From positions 25,857,860 through 25,921,859 of the forward strand of contig NC_090407.1 in the NCBI RefSeq assembly GCF_036365525.1: a DNA stretch of 64,000 nucleotides, in the 5' to 3' direction. The position numbers were made by a program, and so were the translations under genes. Source of the DNA: Heterodontus francisci. Taxonomy: Eukaryota. Below are positions 35,116 through 48,387 of the stretch, one piece after another. The stretch's first letter is position 1. The number at the start of each line of letters is the position of its first letter. The notes beneath the pieces are model-generated. The model saw only the letters and a program-made list of their open reading frames with translations. It did no database searches and was not told the origin of the DNA.

Positions 35116-36379
35116 AAAACCTGCTGAGAAAGAAACTCCTATCTTCAATGCGAATACAGTGTTTTGATCTTGTATTACAATTGAGCTGCTACTGAGGAAC
35201 CCTATCCTCCAGGCCTCAATAGATAAAGTTTCCAATGAAGTGAGGATTCTGTCTATAGAATTGCTCCACAATAGCGCAGCAGACCTACCATCTTCCATGC
35301 AGCATACTCTATGTTTTTCACAACAGGTCTGTCATGGAGTAATTTAACAGCATGGGTTCCAATAAAATAGAGTCTGGAATAAATTAAACTTCAGGAAGTC
35401 AGCATGAGAATCTTGAGCTTTGGAAATCCCAGCTAGATTCTGGGAGTTTTATTTGTGTAACTGAAAATATTTACTGAATTGCACACTATTTAATTGCATG
35501 TGTGTGAAATGCTTGGTGAGAATTATCTGCATCAGCAAAGTTGTCACCATCCATCCACATTCAAGTTATAGCAAAATAGAATTCTTGCCATGTTAGAATT
35601 CATGTATTCATTTTGATTGAGAATGTCTTGGGGGAGTGTTGTGATAATATGCAATAGAACCCAGGCAACTACAAACTGGAAGTTCTTCCTATTTAATATT
35701 TTATTGTGACGTGGCTGCAAGCCACTCACCTGCCCAGCTGGGAAGCATTGCTCTGAGAAAAATGATGCGGGCAAAAATATAATCTTAAAATTGTGTAAAG
35801 TGATTGTATATGTATGTGCATAAATAAACCATAGTTACTTAGAAACATCTAATAATTATGACAGGCAGAATCCCACTAATAACATACAAATTGAAAGTGA
35901 CAGTTACCAGCAGAATCCACAGACAGTTTGCCAGCTAATTAACATCACACTGCCTGATCCCTCTGTGAAACTACAGAACGTATGTTTCCAGGAACATACT
36001 GAGAGAGCCAGTCACAGTGCCATTGTTGCTGCTGGACATGTACTATTAGTATTATTCTCTGTTTCAACTCTGTTTATCATTCAAACTGCAAGGTACGTGA
36101 TGCACTAAATAGCTGCATCGATCACTGCTTAATGTAACTACTCTTGCTGATTCATTGGTGTATGTCTTGGCTTCGATATTGTGATAGGATTTGTTCTTTC
36201 CCTCCAATTTAATCCCTTTCTGGTCCAGAAATCACTGACTGACTGTCCCATGGGCCCCACAACCTAGGCCAGGTACCTATTCCTCTTGAGAGTTGAGCAA
36301 GCAATTTGACTTTACCATCGTGCTTCACTACCTCTCCTGTTGCCCAGCTATGTGTGACTGCGTTGACTTGGTTCCACTT

Positions 36380-37290
36380 CTCCCTATCAAATCATAGCCA
36401 GAGCATTGTCCAGCCAGGGCTCATCTTCCAGTGGCCTGCCATTTTAATTCTCCATCTTGCTCTCACTGACATCTCTATCCTCAGCCTACTGCAATGTTCC
36501 AGTGAAGCTCAATGTAAAGTCGAGGAACGGCACCTCATCTTTCACAGGCACTTTACAGCTTTCTGGACTCAACATTGATTTCAGCAATTTCAGACCATAA
36601 TCTCTGCTGTCCATTTAGTTTCCTTTGCATGTTTTGGTCTTAATCTTGTTTTGCTTTCGGATGGCAGCTGTTCATTATTCTGCCATAAAGCCTGGCTCGG
36701 GTATAAAATTAAAACCTGACCTGACCACAGACAGCCCAAGCCCTTTTAATTTTTTTCGCTCCCAACACGATCCAGCTCGACACGAATCTCCTTCATCTGT
36801 TCCAGCAGCAGGCTATTCCTGCAGCTGGATTTGTGGGGAATCATGGTAAGCCTGATCCTGTGACTTCCCAGAAGCAGTATCCAGCCTGACCCGAGCCTGA
36901 ATGCTGGACTCGGAATTTCGACCTGACCCGAACCCGACACATGTAGGCGGGTCTAGTCGGGTTCGGGTTGGTTAGCCAGGCTTTATTCTGCCTTTCGCAC
37001 CTTGTCTGAACACATCTTTTATGTCTCTACTTGTCCCATTATTACTTCCTTTGACTCTGCCCCATCAGCTCTTTTGTCATTTCATGTCTCCCGTCTTTCG
37101 CCCCATCACAGACCTTCCCTTTTGTTCTTTATCCCACCCTCCCTGCTTTCACTTGCTTAAAACCCGTTACATTTCTAACTTTTCCTAGTTCTGATGATGG
37201 GTCATCAACCTGAAACATTAGCTCTGTTTCTCTCCACAGATGCTGCCAGACCTGCTGAGTATTTCCAGCATTTCCTATTTTTATTTACTT
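36380..37290 (+). mobile_element. Penelope-like element 3' part (GIY-YIG C-terminus and 3' region), interrupted by a MITE
   Basis: ISILSLLQCSSEAQCKVEERHLIF followed by ggactcaacattgatttcagcaatttcaga and the recurrent terminal motif. Confidence 0.7.
36686..36985. mobile_element. 300-bp non-autonomous hAT-type DNA transposon (MITE)
   Basis: Perfect 12-bp TIR taaagcctggct / agccaggcttta, 8-bp TSD ttctgcca / ttctgcct, and subterminal acccga repeats. Confidence 0.85.
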
Positions 37291-37329
37291 ATCTTCTTGG
37301 CACTGCATTGTTACCTCTTTAATCCCCCA

Positions 37330-37700
37330 AAGATGTATCCTTTGTCCCCATTTACATGCTGCCCTTGGCAACATCATTCGAAGACATTGGATCAGCTTCT
37401 ACGTATACACTGATGAGACCTGGCTGATCTGACTCTACCTCTTTACCACCTCCCTTGACTCCTTCACTGCCTCTCTACTGTCAGCCTGCTTTTCCATAAT
37501 CCAGTTTTGGGTGATCTGCAATATCCTTCAGTTAAACATTAGGAAGGTCAAAACCATTATTTTCAGCCCCTGCCTCAAACTTTGTATCCTTGCCACCGAT
37601 TCCAGTTCTTTTCCCTGGCCACTGTCTCGGGTTGAACCAGACTGTTCACAATTTTGGCAGCTTATTTGACACTGAACTTAGCTTCCAAACTCCTCTTTAT
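37330..37700 (+). mobile_element. L2 LINE RT fragment
   Basis: Degenerate YMLPLGNIIRRH..SFYVYTDET..., LQLNIRKVKTI and NQTVHNFGSLFDTELSF. Confidence 0.7.
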
Positions 37701-39419
37701 AAAAAAATGTCTACTGCTTTCATACATTTCCCTGTCTCCATCCATGCCTCAGTGCCAAGACTTTGTGTCACCCCTCAGCATATCTCCTTTGGCTCAGTGT
37801 CAATTTTTGCTAATTTTGCCTTTGGGGTGATTTTCTACATTGACGGCACGACATAACTGCAAGTTGTTGTATATGCATAATGTCTTAGCATGTGCAAGAG
37901 TCATTGGATAACAATCAAAGCAGGAACCTTGGCTAATTTAACCCCCCCTCACCACTCGGGGCTAATTGTAATGCCACAGCAGGGATGCTAATCCTGGTTA
38001 TTTTGGTTCAGTATCATACTTGCAGTGTCCATTTACTGTGTGATCTATAATTCATGTTGTTAGATATTTTATTTTCCTAAAGGATGTTGACTTTGCAAAT
38101 TTATCTGCTGAATCTGGAATGATTTTAGAGTACCAAATACACAGTGAAATTATTTGCTGACGCTGTTTTACCAAGAAAGAAAAAATCAGTCTGAACCATG
38201 CTGGAAGTGCCTGCCAACTGTGTTTCACATGATCAGAGATCTGTAATGTGGAGGAAGAGTTTAAACAAATGCAGGAAGGAAACACCTAACAAGAAGCAGG
38301 GTTTACAAGCAATTGTTATTAACTCCCTAGCACAGAGCAAGATAGTCCATAAAACTAAATGAAAAGAGAAAATAAATTTTAAATTTTGCCTATAAGTAAT
38401 TAGGCATAATCAGCACCAGTAATATTGACTGAAAGAGTGAATCAACAGAAGTATATTCCTTATTCTGCCCCTGGATACAGGGCAGTGATGTAAGAATAGA
38501 GCTTTCAGCCCTAAAGCCTGTCCTGCCATTCAGTTGGATCATGGCTGAAATGTCAGGACTAAATAAGCATTTACTTTTGACACTCCTCGACAATTTCTCT
38601 AGTGATTCAATTGATCCATTCACTGGCCAGTGTAGAAGTGACCTATGCAAACTTGACCAGGTTTTAAGATAATCTCGACAGAGTTAGCTGATCATAACCA
38701 CCATGGAAGTTAGGCGTGCTCCAATTGGCTTCAATCTTCCCATGTTGGGAAGGAGGAAATCAACCAGACATATTACTCCTGATTACTATCCAGTCATTCC
38801 TGCTTGAAAATACCTTTTTGTGGACATCAGGATGGGGCTAGCTCTGCTTCACTAAAATCAAATAACCTGTCCAGGTTCATGCATGAAGGGTGAGCACTTG
38901 AGCAGAGGACCACTGTCTTTAGGAGAGATGGGGGGAGTTCAAAAAGAAAGAGAAAACTTGACATTTCAATGCATTGAAGCCAAGTCAGCATCACATGGAC
39001 TGTGGGCAGAGTCTTTGTGTACAGGTGTAGGGGATATCCCTTGTATTCCCCATACATGAGCGACATAGGTTTATAATAGTTGCAAATACTAAAAGAAAGA
39101 CTTGCATTTATATAGTGCCTTTCATGTCCTCAGGATGTCCCAAAAAGCTTTACAGCCAATGAAATACTTTTGAAGTGTAGTCATGCAAATGACGGCAACT
39201 TCAACAGTGCAGCACTCCTTCAGTACTGCACTGGCGTGTCAGTCTAGATTATGTTCAAGTTTCGAGTGGGCTTTTTTTGATGGACCAATAAGGGTAACAC
39301 TAGGCTGCGCAAAGATCACCAAGTAAGAATCATAAGTCATTTACAGCACAGAAGGTGGCCATTTGGCCCATCGAAGTGCCCCTCTTAGAGCACCACTAAT
39401 ATAGGAAAGAAACATATGG

Positions 39420-40830
39420 TCCAATCAAGCTAAAAGAAGCCAAAATAAACAACAAAGCCCCAAAAAGCAAAGGGGACCTTTCCAACTAAATCATAATGTT
39501 AGCAGTGTCTGTAAGACACTCTGTACTCTGCAGGGTACAATATTCATGGATGGCATTAAACTTGCTGTCTCTCCAGGGCCACCCAGGCATGGAAAAGGTT
39601 GCAGGAGAGAGGCAGGCGAGCAGCCCACCCCCTCCAAAAGCCTCGTTCATCTTGGACCTACAAATTGCTGTTTTGAGTAGGTCAGAAGATCCTTTGACTT
39701 AATAACTCCACACAGGGCAGCCAAAGATTAGCAGAGTTGGACTAAAGTGTAACTAAAGGTTGAGGAGCAACGCCTTAAGGTAACAAACCAGTGGCTGCAA
39801 CTTCTCAAACTGAATATGCATTTGGACCATGGACAACTCCTCAGATACAACCTGGGAATCCGTGGAGGTGCTTTAAACAAAACTGTTGCATGCTACTGCT
39901 CTATGCAACACAGCCCACCCCAGATCCCCAATGGAGCGGGGCAGGACTCCTGCATAGAGAGCCTTCCACTGGGGCCTCCGTTGGTCGGATAGAGATCATG
40001 CCAGGGCATGCCCAGACGAGAGCAAGGAAGTGGAGAGTGTGCAAGAGCAGCCTGTACAAGAAATGCCTGTGGAATAGCATGGAGGGATTTCCATGAGATG
40101 ACTCAAGTTGTGAGGCACGGGCTCCTGAAGGAGGGTTTGAGGCCTCACACTGATAAACTCCGTCTGAGCGAGTGCACAATTGGGCAGGATCACTTCTCAA
40201 CACATCTAATTGAGTCAGCGCCAATTGTGACTTTCGACGCCTGGAAGACTTTGGGTACGGTCTGGGCACAGCACCAGAACATCAGTTATGGCTCCAGTGA
40301 CACAAAGCTCACTCCACCTCCATCCTTTTCATCCCAACTTGGTTACTCCCACAGCCTGGGCCCTCTGCTCTGTCAGCTACATGGAGGTGTTGGTTGTGGA
40401 GTGGTTACTCTGCTGAGCTAGCCACTGTCTGACAGAGGAGAGCTTCTGCTGGAGGCAACTATATTACAGATCCTGATGAAACTTTGATGAAGACAGGAAA
40501 GTCTCACAAGGCCATTTGTATGCCATGGAACTTGATGAAAAGGAGCTGATGAACATAAATCAGTCAGTGTATCTGGCAGAAGAAAATCACCATCGCACAT
40601 ATTTGGGAACATCCTTCGCGTACAGGTATTTCTGCAGGGTCTGAAGGCAGCGAGTCACAGCCTGAGCGGAGGCACACCAGCATCTGACTGCAAGTGGGAA
40701 AACCAGAACCACAGAAGAAATCTGATGCTTCCTCTATCCCAGAAGATGTCAATGAGCTCCCTCTGAATCTCTGACATATTTGGGAGGCAGGATCAAAGCG
40801 ACCAAACAGTACCATAGCATAGCGGCCACT
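39420..40830 (-). mobile_element. Degraded Tx1/L1-clade ORF2 fragment
   Basis: FLYRLLLHTLHFLALV (ORF 39901-40269) parallels FLYGLLPHTFYFLALI of the 28620-30010 element. LVCLRS..LQTLQKYLY also present. Confidence 0.65.
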
Positions 40831-41507
40831 AGTTGGTTTAAGACCAGCGCTTGACCTCGTCTCTGGATTGGGACTTGAACCCACAATCTTCTGACTCAGG
40901 CGAAAGTGCCACCCACTGAGCCAAAACTGAAACCCAAACAACCAGAATTAAACAGTTAGAATGTTATGATTCATCTTTTCGCTAAATAACTTTTTACGTT
41001 TATTTTGATCATTTTCATTTCACTCTGGGCTGATTGTACTATGCTTGTTTCTGACCTGTAATTATGGGGTCTATGATCAGTTTGAAATGGAGTTTTTGCA
41101 TCTCAAATTCTTGATGGCAGAAAGAGGAAGAGAAACTAAAAGCCATTACTAAGATGTGCTTAGGCCATGTTTCATTATATCCTGTTTGTATCTTGGCTTT
41201 TAATTTTTTTGCACTTAATTCTGTTTGCGGAACACAAAACGAGCTTGGATAGCAGTATCATAGAACAAGCGAATTGTTTAATAGTGCAAGGTCCTGAAAA
41301 TTAATCAACCTGGCACACTGCCAAACCTTCTCATGTTTCCATCTTTGTCTCCAGTAACTGAAACACACAAACCCATAGGTACCAAGAAAACTACCTGAGC
41401 TGCATTGTTTAGAGAGATAACAATAGCTGAGGTGGAAGAGGGGAATTTTCCAAATTCAGTTATCCATACTTCATAAGATTTTGAGCCAAACACGAGTCAC
41501 AGCCCCA

Positions 41508-41790
41508 AAGGTCCCAGGTTCAATCCCTAGTTGTTACTCAGACAAGGCAACAGTTTGACAACCCTAGGTTAAGGAAAAGGGGGAAAAAATCAGCAAGGAC
41601 TTCTGATCACTAACCAATGACTGCTGCTGGAAAATGCATCTGTGTGGACATTAGAGAAGGGCAGGACTAAACTTAGCTGTTATGCCCTCCACTGATGGAA
41701 TAACCTGCCAATGCCCACTATCTGGAGTTATATTGGCCATCTGGGGGTGAGATTTGGAGGGTCTGCCCAGCAGCGAATCAACATCTCTGG
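41508..41790 (+). mobile_element. LF-SINE-like element
   Basis: aaggtcccaggttcaatccct, aaaatcagcaagg, ctgctggaaaatgcatctgtgtggac and aataacctgccaatgcccact. Confidence 0.6.
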
Positions 41791-42484
41791 AATACCTGAG
41801 CTGAACGAATCATAAGTATGCAGTCGGGGAGGATGGCCACACTGGAAAATTCTAAATTTTCCTGCACTTTGCTCTTCGCGACCACGTCAAGTACTTGAAT
41901 TCACTCTTAAACAAGTTTTGGGTCAGAGGAATGTTGCAGTGTAGATGATCTCTTCTGCCAGAAGTCATCAATGTTCTTTATAATGGTGGGCTACATACTG
42001 TGTTGCTGGACGTGTTCAAAGATATGCCTGTTTGTAATTCCATGCACAGAATTATATCTTGGCCAATTTGACCATTTTGGAAACTTAATGAGTTATATGG
42101 TGGGAGAATGTTATGTGCCTTTTATTGTTAACTGAAGAATTCCACCAGCCTTGGGTCACCCTGAACAGTGGTGCAGATACTGGCCTCAGATGATGGCTTG
42201 TTACTCAGATATGCCTAACAACAACAATTTGCATTTATATGATGCATTCAATATCATAAAACGTTCCAAGAAATTTCAGATGTCGAGAAATAAACCTGCA
42301 AGCGTGGTTATGTCCCTAAGTGTGAAGGGCTGACAAATGTGAATGCGTCTACCACTGAATATGGAACGGCATTATTAATGTGTGAAAATCATTGTTGAAG
42401 TACACAATAGCACTGAAATGTCTGTGCTGAGAGTGTTTTGTTTTTAAGTAGCATTGTTGTAATGCTTCCCCTTTTCTTGCTCAG

Positions 42485-42585
42485 AGCTGCAGATTGGAAG
42501 TTGGACCAACCTGACTGGACTGGGAGACTCCGGATAACAGCAAAAGGAAATATTGCTTACATTAAGTTGGAAGACAAGAATTCAG
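42485..42585 (+). CDS. NECAP2: NECAP2 exon 2 ([33 protein letters not shown])
   Basis: Acceptor cttttcttgctcag, donor gtatt, 101 nt, PHear domain. Confidence 0.96.
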
Positions 42586-42899
42586 GTATTCAATGCAACT
42601 CAAAAAATTCAAATTGCCTGAGAGATGATCAATGTTCAATTCAGAGAGCCCAATTCTAGCCTCTACAGTAAAATCCCTTGTTTCCCCCTGCCCCGCCCCA
42701 CCACTTCCCCCCAATCTCAATAAACAGCATACATACTGTTCAGGGCAGATGGAGTGTCCTGTTCACATTACACTCAAGACGGTAAGCTCAATAAAGGTGA
42801 ACATACTTATTCAAAAAAATTTGATATTGATAAAGCAGCAAGTACCACTAATTGTCACCGTGATTTTAGCATGCTACAAGGGAGCTTCCTGCTGTAGCA

Positions 42900-43280
42900 G
42901 TAAGAGGCGACGTGATTGAAACATATACAATCCTGAGGGAGCTTGACAGGGTGGATGTGGAAAGGATGTTTCCCCTTGTGCGAGAATCTATAACTAGGGG
43001 TCACTGTTTAAAAATAAGGGGTCGCCCATTTAAGACAGAGATGAGGAGAAATTTTTTCTCTGAGGGTCCTGAGTCTTTGGAATTCTCTTCCTCAAAAGGT
43101 GGTGGAAGCAGAGTCTTTGAATATTTTTAAGGCAGAGGTGGATAGGTTCTTGATAAGGGAGTGAAAGGTTATCATGGGTAGGTGAAAATGTGGAGTAAGC
43201 AATTCAGCCATGAACTTATTGACTGGTGGAGCAGGCTCGAGGGGCCGAGTGGCCTACTCCTGTTCCTAATTCATATGCTC
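42900..43280 (+). mobile_element. CR1 LINE 3' fragment
   Basis: IETYTILRELDRVDVERMFPLVRESITRGH plus the tail. Same subfamily as 33715-34515. Confidence 0.9.
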
Positions 43281-43580
43281 GTAATATTTGTCCTGTAATA
43301 TCACCAAATGAAATGCCAGTGTCCACGTTCCTGACATCAAAATCATTTTTATAATGCGATAATTAAAGGTACCAGTACCAACAGTAATGTATGTGAGAAA
43401 GTACTTGTTTCTTAATGGGTGTGTTTTTGTTTACTACATGTACGGTTAGCGGATCATACTCTGTAGTGAGCTCTTGAGGCCGCACTAACCACTGTAGAAA
43501 ATTGACTTGTGGGTGACCAAAGTTGTTATGCTGGTTGAAATAGTGTTTAATTTTGTATTGTTGGCTTGGTCTTTCCTCAG

Positions 43581-43685
43581 GAGAGTTGTTCGCACAGTCA
43601 CCAGTGGACCAGTTTCCTGGGATTGCGGTGGAGAGTGTTGTTGACTCCAGCAGATACTTTGTCATTCGCATTGAAGATGGAAATG
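43581..43685 (+). CDS. NECAP2: NECAP2 exon 3 ([34 protein letters not shown])
   Basis: Acceptor ctttcctcag, donor gtaat, 105 nt, DSSRYFV motif. Confidence 0.97.
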
Positions 43686-44164
43686 GTAATTCTACCTGGG
43701 GGTTTTGTTCAGGCCTGGTATCTGAAACTCTTAGCTCTATAGTGTCTAGTAATGTGCTGATGGACATGGATTTTTGCATGATTTTGGCTGCAAGGTCATT
43801 TCATGCGTTTATTTTTATTTAACTTGAGAATGTTTTCACTGAATTATGTGGTTTCAGCTGCCAGAGGTCATTCATGACATCTTCAGCAACACATCAATTA
43901 ATTTTAACTAATCTTCTGTTGTAATCAACAGGTTTCGACCTTCCTAAGTGGTGGTAGAGCCTGACTCATCCAGGCACAGGTCACATTATAGAGAGACTTA
44001 TAAGTGGAAAAACCCACAATAAAGGAGAAAGAGACTAGCCATAAGAGAATTAATTTGTATTTGTATTGTGCCTTATTGAATGCCTTAATATGCTACACTG
44101 ATTTTTTTCCCCCTGATGTACACCAATGTTCCCTCTAATTTCAATAACAACAATATTATAAAGT

Positions 44165-44990
44165 GCTTTTTTTTATTTGTTTCATGGGTTGTGGGCGTCG
44201 CTGGCAAGACCAGCATTTTTTGCCTATCCCTAATTGCCCTTAACAAGATGATGGTAAACTGCCGTCTTGAACCGCTGCAGTACTGTTCGGGTGGGAGTTC
44301 CAGGATTTTGATCTAGCGACAGTGGAGGAGCGGCGATATCTTTCCAAGTCAGAATGGTGTGTGACTTGGAGAAGAAACTTGCAGATGGTGATGTTCCACG
44401 TGTCTGCTGCCCTTGTCCTTCTAGGTGGAAGAGGTTGTGGGTTTGAAAGGTGCTGTTGAAGGAGGCAGGGTGAATTGCTGCAGTGCATCTTGTACATAGT
44501 ACACACTGCTGCCACTGTGAGTCAGTGGTGGAGGGAGTGAATGTTTTAAGGTGGTGGATGGGGTGCTGATCAGGTGGGCTGCTTTGTCCTGGATGGTTTC
44601 GACCTTCCTAAGTGGTGGTAGAGCCTGACTCATCCAGGCAAGTGGAGAGTTTTCCATCACACTCCTGACTTGTGCCTTGTAGATGGTGGATAGGCTTTGG
44701 GGAGTCAGAAGGTGGGTTACATGCCACAGAATTCCCAGCCTCTGAACTGCTCTTGTAGCCGCAATATTTATATGGCTACTCCAGTTCAGTTTCTGGTCAA
44801 TGGTAACCCCCTGGATGTTGATGGTGGGGGATTCAGCGATGGTAATGCCATTGAATATCAAGGAGAGATGGTTAGATTCTGTCTTGTTGAAGATGGCTAT
44901 TGCCTGGCACTTGTGTGGCACGAATGTTACTTGCCACTTATCAGCATATGGACACTGACTGCTTCAGTATGAGTTGTTACAAATGGTACT
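44165..44990 (-). mobile_element. CR1-group LINE 3' fragment (second family)
   Basis: ORF 44421-44921(-) PHKCQAIAI..GVTIDQKLNWSSHI..LSTIYKAQVRSVMENSPLAWM. Confidence 0.85.
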
Positions 44991-45904
44991 GAACATCGTA
45001 ACAACACATCCCAGAGCGCTTAAAAACTCTCCTCTGTGTGCGGCCCATTTGTTGCACAGCATGGTTCCTTTTTAAATTGCTGCGTGATTACGCACGCCCA
45101 CGTCTAATAGGGACCACTGCTTGTGCGCGGCCTGTTTGTTCCCTGTGTGGTATGTTCCCGATTGCCGAGCATCCACACAGCTTTAAGTTGACGTTGATGT
45201 GCGCTGCTATTTGTCTGTGAAGACAGTAACTATTCTACTCACAGCAGGATCTCTCGAACAGTAAGATGATGACTGATCAGTTAAACTGATTTGGCTGTTG
45301 GTTGGCCATGACAGAGACAGAGCTTACAGCACTTCTTTGAATATTGCCAGGGGTTCCGCGATATCCACCTGAACTGGCAGAAAGAACCTCAACTTATATG
45401 TATCATCTGAAGGATAGTGTCTACAGCACTGCATCCCTGCCTAAGCCTAGATCATGTGCTCAAGTCCTGGAGTGAAGTACATGCCCACAACCTTCAAAAA
45501 AAGAGAAAAAAATATATATTAATGGTGCATTTAAGCTACATTGAAGGATGAAGTGTAGGTTGTAATTTTAAAACATTGGAAGTTGAGCTTTTGCTGTTCC
45601 TTCACACCATTGAGAAATTGAGGGGCGGGAAGGTGGAGGCGACAAGATCATTGTACACATTCCCCTGCTTGCCCACCCACCCCATATCACTGAATAGTGA
45701 ACAGACCTGCATACACTGGTTAATTTTTCTTCTCCCCTTGCCTTGGGGCACTGAGGCCAATTGTGTCTATTACCACATTCCCCCTTCATTCCCTGTCAAA
45801 CTGAGATCTGCCAACTCAGTACAGAGAAGTGGTCAAACCTGTAGACTCCGCCTTGAGTGTATTGCACCAGGCCATAAAGGAACCCAATGAGTATAACAAG
45901 GTTT

Positions 45905-45962
45905 CGGCGCAGGCTTGGAGGGCCGAATGGCCTGTTCCTGTGCTGTACTGTTCTTCTTCTTT
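45905..45962 (+). mobile_element. About 60-bp extreme 3' end of the young CR1 family
   Basis: ggcgcaggcttggagggccgaatggcctgttcctgtgctgtactgttctt is identical to 6242-6291. Confidence 0.85.
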
Positions 45963-46149
45963 ATTAGGCCTATTTAAATATGTGTAGCATGTATTCCCCA
46001 TATACCCATTGTAAAATTTGGAAATTAAATACTGAGCTGTTGTAATCTGCACAACCTTGTCTCTGCATGTACTCTTCAATTTGTATTGTGCAATTTGGTG
46101 ACCTTACAAAAACAGCAACCTCCAGGTTTTTATTTTTTTAATTTTTATT

Positions 46150-46491
46150 TACTTAGAGATACAGCACTGAAACAGGCCCTTCAGCCCACCGAGTCTGTGC
46201 CGACCATCGACCACCCATTTATACTAACCCTACACTAATCCCATATTCCTACCACATCCCCACCTGTTCCTATATTCCCCTACCACCTACCTATACTAGG
46301 GGCAATTTATAATGGCCAACTTACCTATCAACCTGCAAGTCTTTTGGTGGTGGGAGGAAATCGGAGTACCTGGCGAAAACCCACGCAGACACGGGGAACT
46401 TGCAAACTCCACACAGGCAGTGCCCAGAATTGAACCCGGGTCGCTGGAGCTGTCAGGCTGCGGTGCTAACCACTGCGCCACTGTGCCGCCC
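46150..46491 (-). mobile_element. V-SINE (HE1-like)
   Basis: Reverse complement of the 12653-12999 family. Confidence 0.9.
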
Positions 46492-47126
46492 ATTGCGCCA
46501 CTGTGCTGCCCATTATGTCAGCACTGATTCAAGTTTAGACAGTTGAGGGGCAATGTAATCGAGATTAAGGGATTAAGTAGGGTCAATACATAGAAACTTT
46601 CCTCTGGTGAGTGAATCCAGAATGAGAGGGATAATCTTAAAATTAGAGATGGCCATTAAATAGTGAAATTAAAGTACTTTCTCTCACAGGGTAGTGGAAA
46701 TCTGGAACTCTCAGTTGCTGAAGGCCCACTTGTTGCTGGGTCAATTGATAGGAAGCAAAGGCAGGTAAATGAAGTTGAAGTACAGATCAGCCATGATCTA
46801 TTGAATGCAAAATAGTGTGGATGCTGGAAATCTGAAATAAAAACAAAGTGCTGGAAATACTCCGATCTGGCAGCATCTGTGGAGAAAGAAACCGAGTTGA
46901 CATCTCAAGTCGGATATGACTCTTCAGAACTGATCCAGTCAAATTCTGGTATTGGCTCGAGGGGCTGGATGTCTATCTCTAGTATTTGTGTTTTTTATCA
47001 TGAATCAGCTAGTTATGGGTGGTACTTTAAGGTTGTGTCTTGATCACGTTGATAAGTCTGCTCTACTGGCTGGAAAGGGGATGTGTAAATACTGTATCGT
47101 TTGACAAAACTTGTTTAATTTTCCAG

Positions 47127-47208
47127 GGCGACGTGCATTTATCGGCATTGGATTTGTTGATCGGGGAGACGCTTTTGATTTTAATGTTGGTCTCCAGGAT
47201 CATTTCAA
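47127..47208 (+). CDS. NECAP2: NECAP2 exon 4 ([28 protein letters not shown])
   Basis: Acceptor taattttccag, donor gtaag, 82 nt, canonical AFIGIGF.DR.DAFDFNV.LQDHF. Confidence 0.97.
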
Positions 47209-47623
47209 GTAAGTTGCATGACATCACAGTACTGACAAATTTTGATTGAGGATTTCTGAAGAGATGGATCAAAGATTGAGATCGGGAAATTGCAAGACCT
47301 GTCTAAGATCTATGGAGCAAATTGTAGTGGGGTTTTAATCTATTCTTAATCACTGGAGGGAGATCATATTTCCATGTTTCAGCCTCTAGTGGCAGTAACT
47401 ACAACGGTATTCTCGCTCCGGGTTGGAGTCTTGCAAAGTATATGTAGACCTGACGTTTGGACATCCTGGAATGAATCAGTATGACTCAAGTCACTAATGC
47501 AACAAAATAAACTATTAGATTCCTTTTTTGGCTTATTTTCATTTTAATGGCTACTTTCTGTTGTGGTTTACAAATATTCAGCTATTCCCAAGCAACAGAC
47601 TGCATTTTTTTTTTGTTTTATAG

Positions 47624-47732
47624 ATGGGTTAAGCAGCAGAGTGAACTTGCCAAACAAGCTCAGAACCCAGACTCTGGACCCAAGTTGGACTTGGGATTTA
47701 AAGAGGGACAGACCATCAAGCTAAGTATTGGG
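47624..47732 (+). CDS. NECAP2: NECAP2 exon 5 ([36 protein letters not shown])
   Basis: Acceptor ttttgttttatag, donor gtgag, 109 nt, KEG motif. Confidence 0.97.
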
Positions 47733-48387
47733 GTGAGGTACAGCAGAAGTTAATGTTAAAATAATCCTGTACCTGTTTTTTTTTTAAAATAAGACAAGAT
47801 AGTATGACCAGAGGTCAAAAATATAAACTGCAAAAAAACAGTTTAAATCGGATATGAGAAGAAGCTTCTTCACACAAAGTTTGATAAATGTATGGGATAC
47901 TAGGCCTGCCAGATTTTAGTAGTAAAAGCAAACTTGAGTACAGGAGAGGTGGGCTTCAATGGGAGACTTCAAGTGCCAGAAAAGATGGGGAGTCTGAGTA
48001 CTGGGGAGATGCACTTCAGCGGGACAGTCTTGAGTAAGGTGGGTGGGTACTTCAACACAAGAGTTTAGAAAGATGGAGTTTGGAGGGATAATTTGAGAAT
48101 GTAGGGATGGGCTTCAGTGGGAAAAATTCACCCAGCGAGAACTTCTGGCCCTGTAACACAAGTAAGAACTCCAGTGTACACCAGTTATGTCACAGCAATC
48201 TGATAAGGCAGAGAGCTGTATAAGTAGAATGCTGACCATATTTCTGTGGTATGTGGAGTTATACTCTGCTTGTATGGTTCTCGATAACCCCAAGTATAAA
48301 TGTGCTATAATATGGTCTGTTATCACTTGAGGGATGGGGAGTGGGGCCAGATGATTGATTCATAAAATCTTCCTTATTTATTGGAAG

